Virus record (IMG/VR): IMGVR_UViG_3300008954_000002
Coordinates: 1-64,000 of that record
DNA length: 64,000 nucleotides
DNA from: a virus
Strand: one strand, 5' to 3'
In this document: positions 49,596-59,913 of the stretch, in pieces
How positions within the stretch are numbered: the first letter of the stretch is position 1
Layout: every line of letters begins with the position of its first letter
Made by a program: the position numbers and the translations under genes
The notes under the pieces: model-generated
Told to the model about the DNA's origin: nothing
Database searches by the model: none
What the model saw: only the letters and a program-made list of their open reading frames with translations

Positions 49596-50265
49596 ACATG
49601 CAGGCTGGTTTGGTCCAGAAGACGTAACAGAACCTCTTCACATCATAGGAGTAGGAGCAACAGGCAGCTATATTGGACTGATAGCTGCTAAAATGGGATT
49701 CCATAGCTTCAAAATATGGGATCCTGACATAGTTGAAGATCATAATCTGCCAAATCAAATTTATGATGTAGAACATATTGGCGAAAGAAAAGTTATTGCC
49801 TTTCAGAAAGTATTGCAAAGATTCAATCCTATGATTAAGGTTGAAGCTTATGATGAATACTTTGCAAGCGATAGTAAAGACAGTATAGAAGGCCCACTTG
49901 TACTTACCGTAGATACAATGTCTGCCAGAAAAGAAATTTATGATGCTTTTAGACTGAATTGGAAAGTAAAGAATGTATTTGAAACTAGACTAGGCTTTGA
50001 TTACGGCGAAATAAATATTATAAAAAATATGGATTTAGCCGTATTAGAAGAATGGAAAAGTACCCTCAGAGATGATTCAGAAATTCCTGAGGGACCATGT
50101 AATATGCGTATCTGTACTACTTTAGTTAATCTAGCAGCCTCCTTAACAGTGCATAGCATATGCAGTATGCTATCTGCTCAACGACAAAATAGAGAATGGG
50201 AGTATAGTAAAAAGACTATCTTCTCTACTAATCCCCAGTTCTCTTCATACAACATAAGCGAATAG
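49573..50265 (+). CDS. ThiF/E1-like activating enzyme
   Basis: IIGVGATGS, WDPDIVE.HNL.NQ, VD...AR, ETR.G, EGPC. Confidence 0.9.
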   Translation: MPSVSFLRHAGWFGPEDVTEPLHIIGVGATGSYIGLIAAKMGFHSFKIWDPDIVEDHNLPNQIYDVEHIGERKVIAFQKVLQRFNPMIKVEAYDEYFASDSKDSIEGPLVLTVDTMSARKEIYDAFRLNWKVKNVFETRLGFDYGEINIIKNMDLAVLEEWKSTLRDDSEIPEGPCNMRICTTLVNLAASLTVHSICSMLSAQRQNREWEYSKKTIFSTNPQFSSYNISE

Positions 50266-50275
50266 GAAACATTTA

Positions 50276-50503
50276 ATGCCTAACAATACTAATAATATAA
50301 CACTTGTACTAGTACCTGGCCCTGGAGCATCTTCTGTAGCAATCACAGAAGGAATGACCCTTGCCCAGTTTGCTGCCGAGCACAGTCTAAATGGTCGTCA
50401 ACTTATTGTTGATGGCGAAGGTATCTCACCTGATAATTGGAGCAGCGTTACTCTTAACGCAGCTAGCGAAGTCTTTGCCACCGGTGCAGTAAAGGGTAAC
50501 TAA
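50276..50503 (+). CDS. Ubiquitin-like (beta-grasp) protein ending KG-N
   Basis: 75 aa, ThiS/MoaD-like pattern (GMTL..., IVDG, VKG); operonic with E1 and JAB. Confidence 0.8.
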   Translation: MPNNTNNITLVLVPGPGASSVAITEGMTLAQFAAEHSLNGRQLIVDGEGISPDNWSSVTLNAASEVFATGAVKGN

Positions 50504-50542
50504 CTCTTTACTAGCCCTTGAGACTTACCGCTTAAGCGCTCC

Positions 50543-50576
50543 AAAGGGGTCCAAGTATAATAGCTTGGGCCCCTTT
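50543..50576 (+). terminator. Intrinsic terminator closing the Ubl operon
   Basis: AAAGGGGTCCAAG..CTTGGGCCCCTTT. Confidence 0.65.
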
Positions 50577-50584
50577 CTATTAAC

Positions 50585-50971
50585 ATGAAAACAATTATAC
50601 AAATAATAGGCTTACCTGCCTCTGGAAAAACAACAGCTGTTAATCGCTATATACAAAAACATAACAATATAGCTTATATAGATATTAGAAATTTCAATGG
50701 TAAGAATAGAATTAAGAACTACACTAAAGCCATTAGTCAATCTAAACATAGTGTACTAGCAGAATCAGCTTGTGGAGTTAAGTTAAGAAATAGTGTTATT
50801 ATACATTGGGATGTACCTATACATATTCTATACTCAAGATACTTGAGAAGAGAACAAGTCTTAGACGAAGACTATCTTTCACTACTCAAAACAGAAATGC
50901 TTCCTGCACAGTACTCAGTTAACGATTATAATGCTTTAGAACAGTTACTTAATACTTTAATAGAGAAATAG
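50585..50971 (+). CDS. Small P-loop kinase-like protein
   Basis: GLPASGKT. Confidence 0.7.
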   Translation: MKTIIQIIGLPASGKTTAVNRYIQKHNNIAYIDIRNFNGKNRIKNYTKAISQSKHSVLAESACGVKLRNSVIIHWDVPIHILYSRYLRREQVLDEDYLSLLKTEMLPAQYSVNDYNALEQLLNTLIEK

Positions 50972-50972
50972 T

Positions 50973-51851
50973 ATGATAGAGCTCTGTAGAATAATAGATG
51001 TTCAAATAGAAGACAAACAGATCAATACTATATATGATAAGTCACAGATAAGAGCACCTATATCTCTACCTCAAGTTCCTATAAATACTTATATGATCTT
51101 AAGATCCTCTATAAACCCACAAAAAACCGCTCTAGCTAGACTGCAAGATAGAAATACCATTGTATTGGTTAATACCAAACATGGACATAAACTATGCAGT
51201 GTTAAGCCTAAAGATGCTAAACAAACTACTTTAATAGACTCTTTTGTCAATGAAGACATACTTATATCTTGCGCAATAGGACCTGCAGGTACAGGAAAAA
51301 CCTACCTTGCAATGGCCTACGCTATGGACAAGTATCTCAGTGAGAATAAATGTGTTTATATGACAAAGCCTACTACTCTAATAGGTAGAGGCAAAGCTTT
51401 TGGGCCAGTACCAGGAGATATTAAAGAAAAATACTCTCCTCATATTGCTTCATATAAGATAGTATTGAAAAAACTTTTAGGAGAAACTTCTGCAAATTAC
51501 ATCGATCTCTTAGAAGAAAAAAAAGCGATTGAGTATGTTCCTCTAGAATATGTACGAGGATGTACATTCGAGAACTGTACTTTTATATTAGATGAAGTAC
51601 AAAACTTGAACTGGCATGAACTTAAGTCACTAGCTTCTAGAATGGGCGAGAATACTAAGCTTATATTACTAGGCGATCCAGAACAAATCGATACCCGTCA
51701 AAATGTAGCAGACTCAGGTATTGCTAGTATGCTTTACTCTAAAAGCTATCAAGACTCTAAGCTTACTAGTTGTATATATTTAGAACAACAATATCGTGGA
51801 CCAATTCCACAAATAATTACATCTATAGATAGAGAACTTAATTTAAAATAA
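50973..51851 (+). CDS. phoH: PhoH-family ATPase
   Basis: GPAGTGKT, RGCTF, ILDEVQN, SRMGE, GD..QID. Confidence 0.9.
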   Translation: MIELCRIIDVQIEDKQINTIYDKSQIRAPISLPQVPINTYMILRSSINPQKTALARLQDRNTIVLVNTKHGHKLCSVKPKDAKQTTLIDSFVNEDILISCAIGPAGTGKTYLAMAYAMDKYLSENKCVYMTKPTTLIGRGKAFGPVPGDIKEKYSPHIASYKIVLKKLLGETSANYIDLLEEKKAIEYVPLEYVRGCTFENCTFILDEVQNLNWHELKSLASRMGENTKLILLGDPEQIDTRQNVADSGIASMLYSKSYQDSKLTSCIYLEQQYRGPIPQIITSIDRELNLK

Positions 51852-52144
51852 CTTTCACCGAATATGATTACTTCTAATCAATCTATACATACAAATATAA
51901 AACTCCTCTTAGAGCCTCTAGATATAAATGAGCAAGTAGAAATACTCGCTAACTTATTTATAGATTTAGGCGTTAGACACCTTCCTATACAAAGCTCCCC
52001 TCAAGAGATTACTAAACATGATATTATTAAAATAATACTAGATGACGTAAAAACTTGTGGAGATACGATACCCAACTCCTTAGTAAGGCAAGGATTAGTA
52101 CTACTAAGTTGGCTTGAGGATATTGACCTAAAAAAGAAAAAGAT

Positions 52145-52597
52145 ATGAAGCAACACCCTGGACAATTTACCATATATAAGAAACTGGGAGCAGCTCAGTT
52201 TACACTAATAAATCCCACAAGATCAGACGAAACAGGTAGAATAGAAAGAGATGGCGCTATTCTACTAGACGCAGCAAGTAGTGCTGGAGATAAGCATTAT
52301 AGTTGGAGCTCCAAGATTAACTTTGCTTTTGGAGTCTCAGACATATGCAGAATCTTCGATAATCCAGATAAGCCACCACGACTAGTTCATTCTCCCCCTG
52401 GGTCTACAATTATTAAGAGCCTCGACTTAGTACCAGGCAGTGGAAAGTATGTAGGAACCTATATGCTTAACCTACAAGAGAAGAATAAAGAAACAGATCA
52501 AACCAAAAGTGTCTCAGTACCTATCTCAGGTGGAGAGTACACAGTACTCCTAAGACTTTTGATGACTGCTACACCATTATTGATTGGGTGGGAGTAA
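52145..52597 (+). CDS. Whirly-like ssDNA-binding protein
   Basis: F.IYK..GAA, G.ILL..A, Y.WS.KI.FA....DI pattern. Confidence 0.65.
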   Translation: MKQHPGQFTIYKKLGAAQFTLINPTRSDETGRIERDGAILLDAASSAGDKHYSWSSKINFAFGVSDICRIFDNPDKPPRLVHSPPGSTIIKSLDLVPGSGKYVGTYMLNLQEKNKETDQTKSVSVPISGGEYTVLLRLLMTATPLLIGWE

Positions 52598-53026
52598 TAT
52601 GAAGTGGAATATTAAAACCAGCACAGAACCTCTCTCTCTTACAAGAGAGCAGCTATTAGATATGCTTATGAGTAAAGTAATAAGCTCTACTAAACCAGAA
52701 TTTACAACACTTGTCTCATCCTTTAATAACTTTCTCCAAAGTAAAAAGACTATGAGTACATGTAATATAGATCAGCTTATGACTATGGGGTTCACAGTTG
52801 GCTATTATTACAGAGTATTCCTAGAGAAAAATAATGTAGAGATAATAGGAGAAGAATTAGATGATAATGTGGTTGAAAGCTCTGACAACAGCACCAACAA
52901 TCAAAACCCTATTTTATGATATAGCGGATTACGTTCTCGATCAGATAGCAGAAGTCGCTGCTACGCATATATTAGAGTTACGTAAACAAAATACTAATAA
53001 CATACTAAAATTTAGAGAAAACAATA

Positions 53027-53383
53027 ATGTTCAGTTACACAGTACAAGTACGCACAATAAAGAATCCAAGAACGAAAGTAGTTGCCTTCGCCTCGTTACT
53101 GATTAATGATGTACTATCTTTAGAAGGCTTTAGAATCATCGATGGTGCAAAAGGCCTTTTTGTTTCAGCTCCTTCACACAAAGGGAAGAACAAAGAAGGC
53201 GAAGATACTTGGTATGATGACGTTAGATTTGTAGGAGATGATGCAGAAGCAGTTAAGGAAGAGATTTATAAATCTGTTCTACAAGCTTATACAGATACTA
53301 GTACATCTAGAGAATCTGCTGCAGAAGCTCAAGCATCTGTAAACGATACTGAGAGCTCAATGACTCGTCGCCCCCTCTGGTAA
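53027..53383 (+). CDS. spoVG: SpoVG-family nucleic-acid binding protein
   Basis: AFAS..I.D......RIIDG.KGLFVS.PS.K ... VL.AY. Confidence 0.85.
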   Translation: MFSYTVQVRTIKNPRTKVVAFASLLINDVLSLEGFRIIDGAKGLFVSAPSHKGKNKEGEDTWYDDVRFVGDDAEAVKEEIYKSVLQAYTDTSTSRESAAEAQASVNDTESSMTRRPLW

Positions 53384-53394
53384 CTCCCAATTTA

Positions 53395-53425
53395 AACCCC
53401 TCCACTTGTAAGGGGTGGAGGGGTT
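53395..53425 (+). terminator. GC-rich stem-loop (probable terminator)
   Basis: AACCCCTCCAC..GTGGAGGGGTT. Confidence 0.55.
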
Positions 53426-53739
53426 ATCTTATGGATAAGATATGTTAAAAAACATTGATATAGCTATTGCATGGACTCAACAAGAAAGAGCCTCTTGCAG
53501 AAACTTTAAAACTGCAAATGGTAGAGCTTGGTCCTATAACCTTCTAGTAGCTAGATGGACCAAAGATGGAACCATGATTATTTACGACTATACAAATAGT
53601 GCTAATAATTTTGTAAGTCATTCTACTACTAGACATATAACAGCTTTAGTAGAAGCCGCTTATAAACATGCTCCAGCAGCAGCACCATTAGTTATTACTC
53701 CACGCGTACCTCGTCAACCTCATCAATCAAAGAGAACTC

Positions 53740-54315
53740 ATGATAGACGCAGCGGAAAACAGCAAACCAATAGAAAACACTAAAGCTGAAATTGAAATTG
53801 AAGTTTCTACAGATACTTTAGTTGCAGTAGTAGAGGAAGGTGCTCAAATATATTCAGAGATAACCGCCTCGTTTATATCTACATTTGTTTTCTATGATAA
53901 AACTCTTTACCAATGGGCAAATGAAATGATGATCCATATTCCAGAGAATATGGACGAAAATCAGTTTAGAAGCACATTAGTAACATTAGCTAATAACTTA
54001 CAAATAGCTCAGAACTATTTCTCAGTAGCATCCTCCATGGCTGACGCCATATCCGGGGGGGGCTCAATAAAGCGTTCTGATGTTATATCAGCTATTGTAT
54101 ATTCTTATGCGAAATCAGGAGCTAGAAGACCAGCAGCCACAGTTATAGAAAAAATGGCAGATAGCTATATGTCTTCAACTGTTTCAGCAAGGGTTGCAGC
54201 TCAAATAGTTAAAAACTTTTGGAAACAAAGAACTGATACCTTGTTGGAACTTAGAAAGATTTTAGAACAAATTGGTATGAGCCTTCATGTAGAAATGAAG
54301 TGGACAAACCAATAA
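53740..54315 (+). CDS. Hypothetical helical protein
   Basis: 191-aa co-oriented ORF. Confidence 0.6.
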   Translation: MIDAAENSKPIENTKAEIEIEVSTDTLVAVVEEGAQIYSEITASFISTFVFYDKTLYQWANEMMIHIPENMDENQFRSTLVTLANNLQIAQNYFSVASSMADAISGGGSIKRSDVISAIVYSYAKSGARRPAATVIEKMADSYMSSTVSARVAAQIVKNFWKQRTDTLLELRKILEQIGMSLHVEMKWTNQ

Positions 54316-54369
54316 TTTACTCTCACCTGATAAGACTTTATAAAGCTTATCCTATTAAAGGAGCCAATC

Positions 54370-54675
54370 ATGATTGATGGCACAATCCTCGGTATTCTTA
54401 CCTGGTTCAGTATGATGTTTTCATATAGACACTTTCCTATTTGGATTAGAAACTATATGCTTAGACATCCAGTAATGACAGATGTAATTGCTACATCGAT
54501 CTGCTTCTTCTTTCTCTGCAGTATCTCAAGCAGTCTGACTGCAGTAGCAGCATCTGTCGTTTGTGGTCTACTAGTTAATATGACACTTGTCATTGCCATT
54601 CAAATTGGAGAATTTAATGCCAGAACAAAACTTGTGGCAGACTCTATCAGAGGAAAACAAACAGCAACTTGCTAA
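54370..54675 (+). CDS. Small membrane protein
   Basis: AAGGAG RBS; hydrophobic. Confidence 0.55.
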   Translation: MIDGTILGILTWFSMMFSYRHFPIWIRNYMLRHPVMTDVIATSICFFFLCSISSSLTAVAASVVCGLLVNMTLVIAIQIGEFNARTKLVADSIRGKQTATC

Positions 54676-55150
54676 ATTAGTATTAGATGATATCTGTACT
54701 GAAACCTTTTCTCTTTTATGTGATGATGAACCACAAATATTCGTAGAACTATTAGATCAAGTACTTTTAAAGAGTGAGGCCTCCTGTTCAAGGAGGCTTC
54801 TCTCTTTTTTACTAAGTGCTTCAGATCTAAATATGCACCTAACTGGTCTCTTATCAATCATTAACGAAGAAGCCTTATATAATGATATACAAGGAGAAAC
54901 AGAATAATTACTACTTTTATAGTATTTATTCTAAAATTAAAACAATACGATCATATTATTATGATAAAGTACTTATTCTAACAAAAGAAGGAATATCACT
55001 CTTAACAAGAGTGGTGTTGCTTCTTTTTATAATTCTATTGTTGAGCAATCTCTGCATAGTGCTTTTTTTATATAAGCTCAGCAACAAACTGTCTAACAAG
55101 CAGTCACAATCTATTATTATAGATACAACAGAAACCTTATAGGACACTAA

Positions 55151-58100
55151 ATGTTTTTATCAGAAGAGTATGATGGTCGTAAGATCCGTACCTTTAGTTT
55201 GAGTGACTCCTTTATAGAGCAATTTGTAGGGAAGCAACCTAACTGGGGTCCCGTAGGCCAGTTTACATTTAAAAGAACATACTCAAGACCTACTTGTGAA
55301 TGTGAAGACCCAAACACCTGCAGCCACCCCTCAGAAGAGTACTGGGAGACCTGTAAGCGTGTAGTAGAAGGCATCTATACAATACAAAAGCAACACTGTA
55401 AGACACTTCTTTTACCTTGGGACGATAGAAGAGCACAGCGCTCAGCCCAAGAGATGTTTACTCGTATATGGGAGTTTAAGTTTACTCCTTCTGGCCGTGG
55501 CTTTTGGATGATGGGAACAGATCTCATTTACAAGAAAGGATCTGCTGCACTAAACTCATGTGCATTTGTTACTACTGAAAACCTCAATATAGATTTTGCT
55601 GCCCCATTCTGCTTCCTCATGGATATGTCTATGCTGGGAGTAGGCGTAGGAACTGATACAAGAGGAGCCGGTACAGTTAAGCTATGTATGCCTCGCTATA
55701 CAGATGAGCCCCACATTGTAGAGGATTCTAGAGAAGGTTGGGCACAAATAGTTAGCAGAGTTCTAAACTCCTTTGTAGGTAAAGGAACCTATCCTACAAA
55801 TATAGATTACTCTCAAGTAAGACCTAGAGGTACGCCAATTAGAACATTTGGTGGAGTAGCATCAGGACCAGATCCTCTAATTAAACTTATAGACAATCTA
55901 ACTAAGCTATTAACACCAACAAATGATGAGCCTATACCAATTACCTCAACACATATAACAGATATATTTAACTATATAGGCAAATGTGTTGTCTCAGGTG
56001 GAGTTAGGCGATGCTTACCAGCAGGAACCCTTATACATACTTCAGAAGGACTTGTTCCCATTGAAAATGTAAAAGCTGGAATGGCAGCACTTACTTCAAA
56101 CGGTATGAGCAAAATAACAGATTGGTTTCAGCAAGGTATACAACCTATCAGTCAGATTACAACACAAATGGGAACATTTGAATGCACTGACAAGCATCAA
56201 GTTGCTGTAATCTCAGACATAAGTGGTGGCTACAAGTGGAAAACAGCCAATGAGCTTGAGCCTGGAGACCGTATGGTGTTCGTGGATCGTGTTCTTGAGG
56301 GGCAAGCCACTAAGCTACCTTCGTATAATTATATCCGTCCTAAACACTCAATAATATGTAAAGACATTGCTATTCCAGATCTCAGCACTGAAATGAGCTG
56401 GTTCTTAGGACTTTTACATGGAGATGGATACAAGACCTCAGACAAGGGCTATGTTTCTATAGCTATTGCTGTAGGTCAAGAGGCAATTCTTAATCGAGCA
56501 AGAAAAGTGTTTGAATCTTTTGGAGTCAATACAGGAACGATTGAGCCAAAGGAATCAGATCAATGCTATAAGCTTAGTGTCTCATCCAAACAGCTTGCCG
56601 ACTACCTGTCTCGATTCAAGAAGCCTAAAATATCAATTGATATTCCAGAATGTATTCTTCAAGGCGATCCTAGGATCCGTGCCAGCTATGTTGCTGGACT
56701 TTTTGACGCCGATGGCTCATCAAGAAGTCGTCCCTTGGTCGCTGCAACAAGTGTATATCCTAACTATCTTAAGCAAGTGCAAGCAGTACTAGCATCTCTT
56801 GGTATTCCTTCTCAGCTTAACCTTAACAAGGATAAAGCACGACTACTTAAGGGATGGCAACCTATCCATAGCCTTACAATTGTGGGCGAAAAAGCTATCC
56901 TGCGCTGGGAGCAGCGAGTTGCCACTTATGCCTCTAAATATGAAAACAAGAATAAGACTCGTCGCTCACAAAACGACTATGGGTTTCCCACTGCTATGGC
57001 AGCAGAATGTGGCATTACAGGATACAAAGATGGAAAATCAGTTTGGAGCCAACAAAATCGTCAGATTACTGTCTCTCACCTTGAGATGATAACAAAAAAA
57101 GACATTCATCTTGTACCAGTTGAAGTGCTTAAAATAGAACACGATGTACGAGAGGATATAACTTATGATATCACAGTAGAAGCACATGAGTTTGTTGCTC
57201 AAGATGGATACTTAGTTCATAACTCAGCCGAAATAGTCTTTGGGACTCCAGATGACACCGAGTTTCTTGCTTTGAAGCAAGATAAAGAAGCTCTACAGGA
57301 CAGAAGATGGGCCTCGAATAATAGTATCTTTGCTGAAATAGGTATGGATTACACACACATAGCTGATTCTATTGCTATTAATGGAGAGCCAGGACTAGCA
57401 TGGCTAGAGAACATTCGCCATTACGGTAGACTAGCAGATGCATACAATGGTAAAGATCTCCGCGCCATGGGATGCAATCCTTGCTTTACAGGAGATACAC
57501 TAATAGCAGTAGCTGATGGACGAAATGCTATATCTATTAAACAATTAGTAGATGAAGCCAATGATATACCTGTCTATTCTATTAATCTTGAGGGCCAAGT
57601 AGAGATTAAGATGGGCCGCAACCCACGATTAACTCGTGAGTCAGCTCAAATACTCGAAATAACTCTTGATGATGATTCTACATTACGAGTAACACCTGAC
57701 CACAAGATGGTTCTGCTAGATGGTACTCGTTGTGAAGCTCAAGATCTTAAAGCTGGAGATAGTCTTCCAAGGTTCTCAAAGAGACAGGAAGTAGCCAAGA
57801 AAGACGGCAACAAGTATTGGCAGATAATAACAAATACTAGAAATCCACAAAGTAAGGGCAGCAGAGTATCTGAGCAAGAGCTAGTAGCTAGGTTTAACGA
57901 AGAAGAGAAAACTGACTTAAATACAGTTTGGATAGGCAATAGGCTACATGCCATTCGGAATTGTGAAATCTGTTCTGAAGAATTTATTACTACCTGGACA
58001 AGGAGAGGCCGCAGTTACTGCTCACACTCTTGTAGAAACAAAAGTGTAGAAGGCATTGCCGCTCGCACAGCAGGACAGGAGATGGTCTTTGAAGATAAAC

Positions 58101-59332
58101 AGCGCCAAACTCTTCACTTACAGATACAGAAGTATAAAGAATTACAAGAAAACTTAAGTAGAGAGCCTTGGAAAACAGAATGGGAAGCAGCATGTAGAGC
58201 TGATCAAATACCTGTTAGATTTAGAACTAAAGGAACAACAGATAATCTACATACTCTCCGTGGATTTAGACATCTTAAAGAAGTAGCTGCTGAGTATAAT
58301 CACAGAGTTAAATCTATTAGGCTGCTAGATGTACAAGAGCCTGTTTACAACCTATCTGTAGATGATAATCATACAGTAGGACTAGTTACAAACAATAGCA
58401 ATAGCAAGTACTTAGGAATTTATACAGCACAATGTAGCGAACAATCCTTGGAGGACCAAGAAACCTGCAATTTGGTAGAAACTTTTCCAGCCAAGCATGA
58501 CAGCTTTGAAGACTATAAACGAACACTTAAGTTCGCTTATCTATATGCAAAGACTGTTACTTTAATACCTACTCATAACCCTAAAACTAATGCAGTCATG
58601 ATGAGAAATAGAAGAATTGGTTGCTCTATGAGTGGTATCGCTCAAGCCATACAGAAACTAGGTAGAAGAGAGTTTCTCAATTGGTGTGATAATGGATATA
58701 AATATATCCAAGACTTAGATCAAATATATAGTGAGTGGCTATGCATACCTAAGAGTATTAAAATGACTAGTGTTAAGCCTAGTGGAAGTGTGTCTTTATT
58801 GAACAATAGTACGCCTGGGATCCATTATCCTCATAGTGAATATTACATCAGAAATATACGCGTACAAAATACATCACCATTATTAAAAGCTTGTGTAGAT
58901 GCTGGATATACTGTAGAGCTAGACGTTTATTCGGATGATACATCAGTTGTTTCTTTTCCTGTACAAGAGGAACATTTTATAAAGTCAAAGTTTGATGTTA
59001 GTGTCTGGGAGCAGTTTATGAATGCCGCCGATATGCAATATTGGTGGGCTGACAATCAAGTATCTATTACTATTAGCTTTAAGGAATCTGAGAGACATGA
59101 GATAGCAAATTGTCTTGAGACCTTTGAGACAAGACTAAAGTCAGTATCGTTACTACCCTTAGAAAACAGTAAGCATGGATATGTCCAAGCACCATACATA
59201 GAGATAACAAAAGAGCAATATATAGAAATGACTTCCAAGCTAAAACACTTAGATTTATCTGGTGCAGTTCATGAAGCTGATGACAAGTTTTGCGATGGTG
59301 ATACATGTACAATTGGTCCTAGAGAACTATGA
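55151..59332 (+). CDS. nrdJ: Class II (AdoCbl) ribonucleotide reductase with two inteins
   Basis: RTYSR, PSGRG.W, ALNSC, LGVGVG, GGVRR|SAE, NP|CSEQ, CNLVE, TSVKPSG, C-terminal FCDGDTC. Confidence 0.93.
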   Translation: MFLSEEYDGRKIRTFSLSDSFIEQFVGKQPNWGPVGQFTFKRTYSRPTCECEDPNTCSHPSEEYWETCKRVVEGIYTIQKQHCKTLLLPWDDRRAQRSAQEMFTRIWEFKFTPSGRGFWMMGTDLIYKKGSAALNSCAFVTTENLNIDFAAPFCFLMDMSMLGVGVGTDTRGAGTVKLCMPRYTDEPHIVEDSREGWAQIVSRVLNSFVGKGTYPTNIDYSQVRPRGTPIRTFGGVASGPDPLIKLIDNLTKLLTPTNDEPIPITSTHITDIFNYIGKCVVSGGVRRCLPAGTLIHTSEGLVPIENVKAGMAALTSNGMSKITDWFQQGIQPISQITTQMGTFECTDKHQVAVISDISGGYKWKTANELEPGDRMVFVDRVLEGQATKLPSYNYIRPKHSIICKDIAIPDLSTEMSWFLGLLHGDGYKTSDKGYVSIAIAVGQEAILNRARKVFESFGVNTGTIEPKESDQCYKLSVSSKQLADYLSRFKKPKISIDIPECILQGDPRIRASYVAGLFDADGSSRSRPLVAATSVYPNYLKQVQAVLASLGIPSQLNLNKDKARLLKGWQPIHSLTIVGEKAILRWEQRVATYASKYENKNKTRRSQNDYGFPTAMAAECGITGYKDGKSVWSQQNRQITVSHLEMITKKDIHLVPVEVLKIEHDVREDITYDITVEAHEFVAQDGYLVHNSAEIVFGTPDDTEFLALKQDKEALQDRRWASNNSIFAEIGMDYTHIADSIAINGEPGLAWLENIRHYGRLADAYNGKDLRAMGCNPCFTGDTLIAVADGRNAISIKQLVDEANDIPVYSINLEGQVEIKMGRNPRLTRESAQILEITLDDDSTLRVTPDHKMVLLDGTRCEAQDLKAGDSLPRFSKRQEVAKKDGNKYWQIITNTRNPQSKGSRVSEQELVARFNEEEKTDLNTVWIGNRLHAIRNCEICSEEFITTWTRRGRSYCSHSCRNKSVEGIAARTAGQEMVFEDKQRQTLHLQIQKYKELQENLSREPWKTEWEAACRADQIPVRFRTKGTTDNLHTLRGFRHLKEVAAEYNHRVKSIRLLDVQEPVYNLSVDDNHTVGLVTNNSNSKYLGIYTAQCSEQSLEDQETCNLVETFPAKHDSFEDYKRTLKFAYLYAKTVTLIPTHNPKTNAVMMRNRRIGCSMSGIAQAIQKLGRREFLNWCDNGYKYIQDLDQIYSEWLCIPKSIKMTSVKPSGSVSLLNNSTPGIHYPHSEYYIRNIRVQNTSPLLKACVDAGYTVELDVYSDDTSVVSFPVQEEHFIKSKFDVSVWEQFMNAADMQYWWADNQVSITISFKESERHEIANCLETFETRLKSVSLLPLENSKHGYVQAPYIEITKEQYIEMTSKLKHLDLSGAVHEADDKFCDGDTCTIGPREL
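56012..57223 (+). mobile_element. Intein 1 (404 aa) with LAGLIDADG homing endonuclease
   Basis: CLPAGT ... LGLLHGDG, VAGLFDADG ... LVHN|S. Confidence 0.92.
57482..58432 (+). mobile_element. Intein 2 (317 aa), ends in Ala-Gln, inserted at the NPC active site
   Basis: CFTGDT, block B VTPDH, VYNLSVDDNH, IYTAQ|C. Confidence 0.85.
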
Positions 59333-59913
59333 ATATAGCAGATCCAAAAGACTACAATGTTCTCTTAAATGCCATATTGCGACAAGCTATGGATGATTAT
59401 GTAAAGCTTCAGCACCCTAAGCTGCGTAGAAAGAAATATTTACAAGAGGCATTTGATAATGCCGTAGATATGTTCTTCGACTCTGATTATCGTCTACTAT
59501 ATGTATCAGACGATGATGGAAGCTTTATGTCACTACCAGAGCTGCTTAAAACGCTAATGAACAACAACAATGTAGACATTAGCAAGATGCAAGAGCACCT
59601 CATTTTAGAGGCTCAATCTTTTTGGGAAACCAAGATGGTACATACACTCTATATTCCAGATAGCTTTATATATGATGGGCATGTCTACTCTATAACCGCA
59701 CACAGCGAAGACATTCCAGAGATAGACTTCAAAAGCAAGATAGTTAAGATCAATAAAGACTTCTCCTGCTCAGACAACCAAGAAGCCTTTATGCAGGTAG
59801 CACTTAAAATAATGCTTTATCACGAAGAAATACCTATGCCGCAAGCTAAGATTGATGCTTTGGGCAAAGGTCTCTTTAAGATGATGAGACTTAATGGCTG
59901 CTTTACAGGCTAG
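59329..59913 (+). CDS. Hypothetical protein
   Basis: Overlaps the nrdJ stop codon. Confidence 0.6.
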   Translation: MNIADPKDYNVLLNAILRQAMDDYVKLQHPKLRRKKYLQEAFDNAVDMFFDSDYRLLYVSDDDGSFMSLPELLKTLMNNNNVDISKMQEHLILEAQSFWETKMVHTLYIPDSFIYDGHVYSITAHSEDIPEIDFKSKIVKINKDFSCSDNQEAFMQVALKIMLYHEEIPMPQAKIDALGKGLFKMMRLNGCFTG

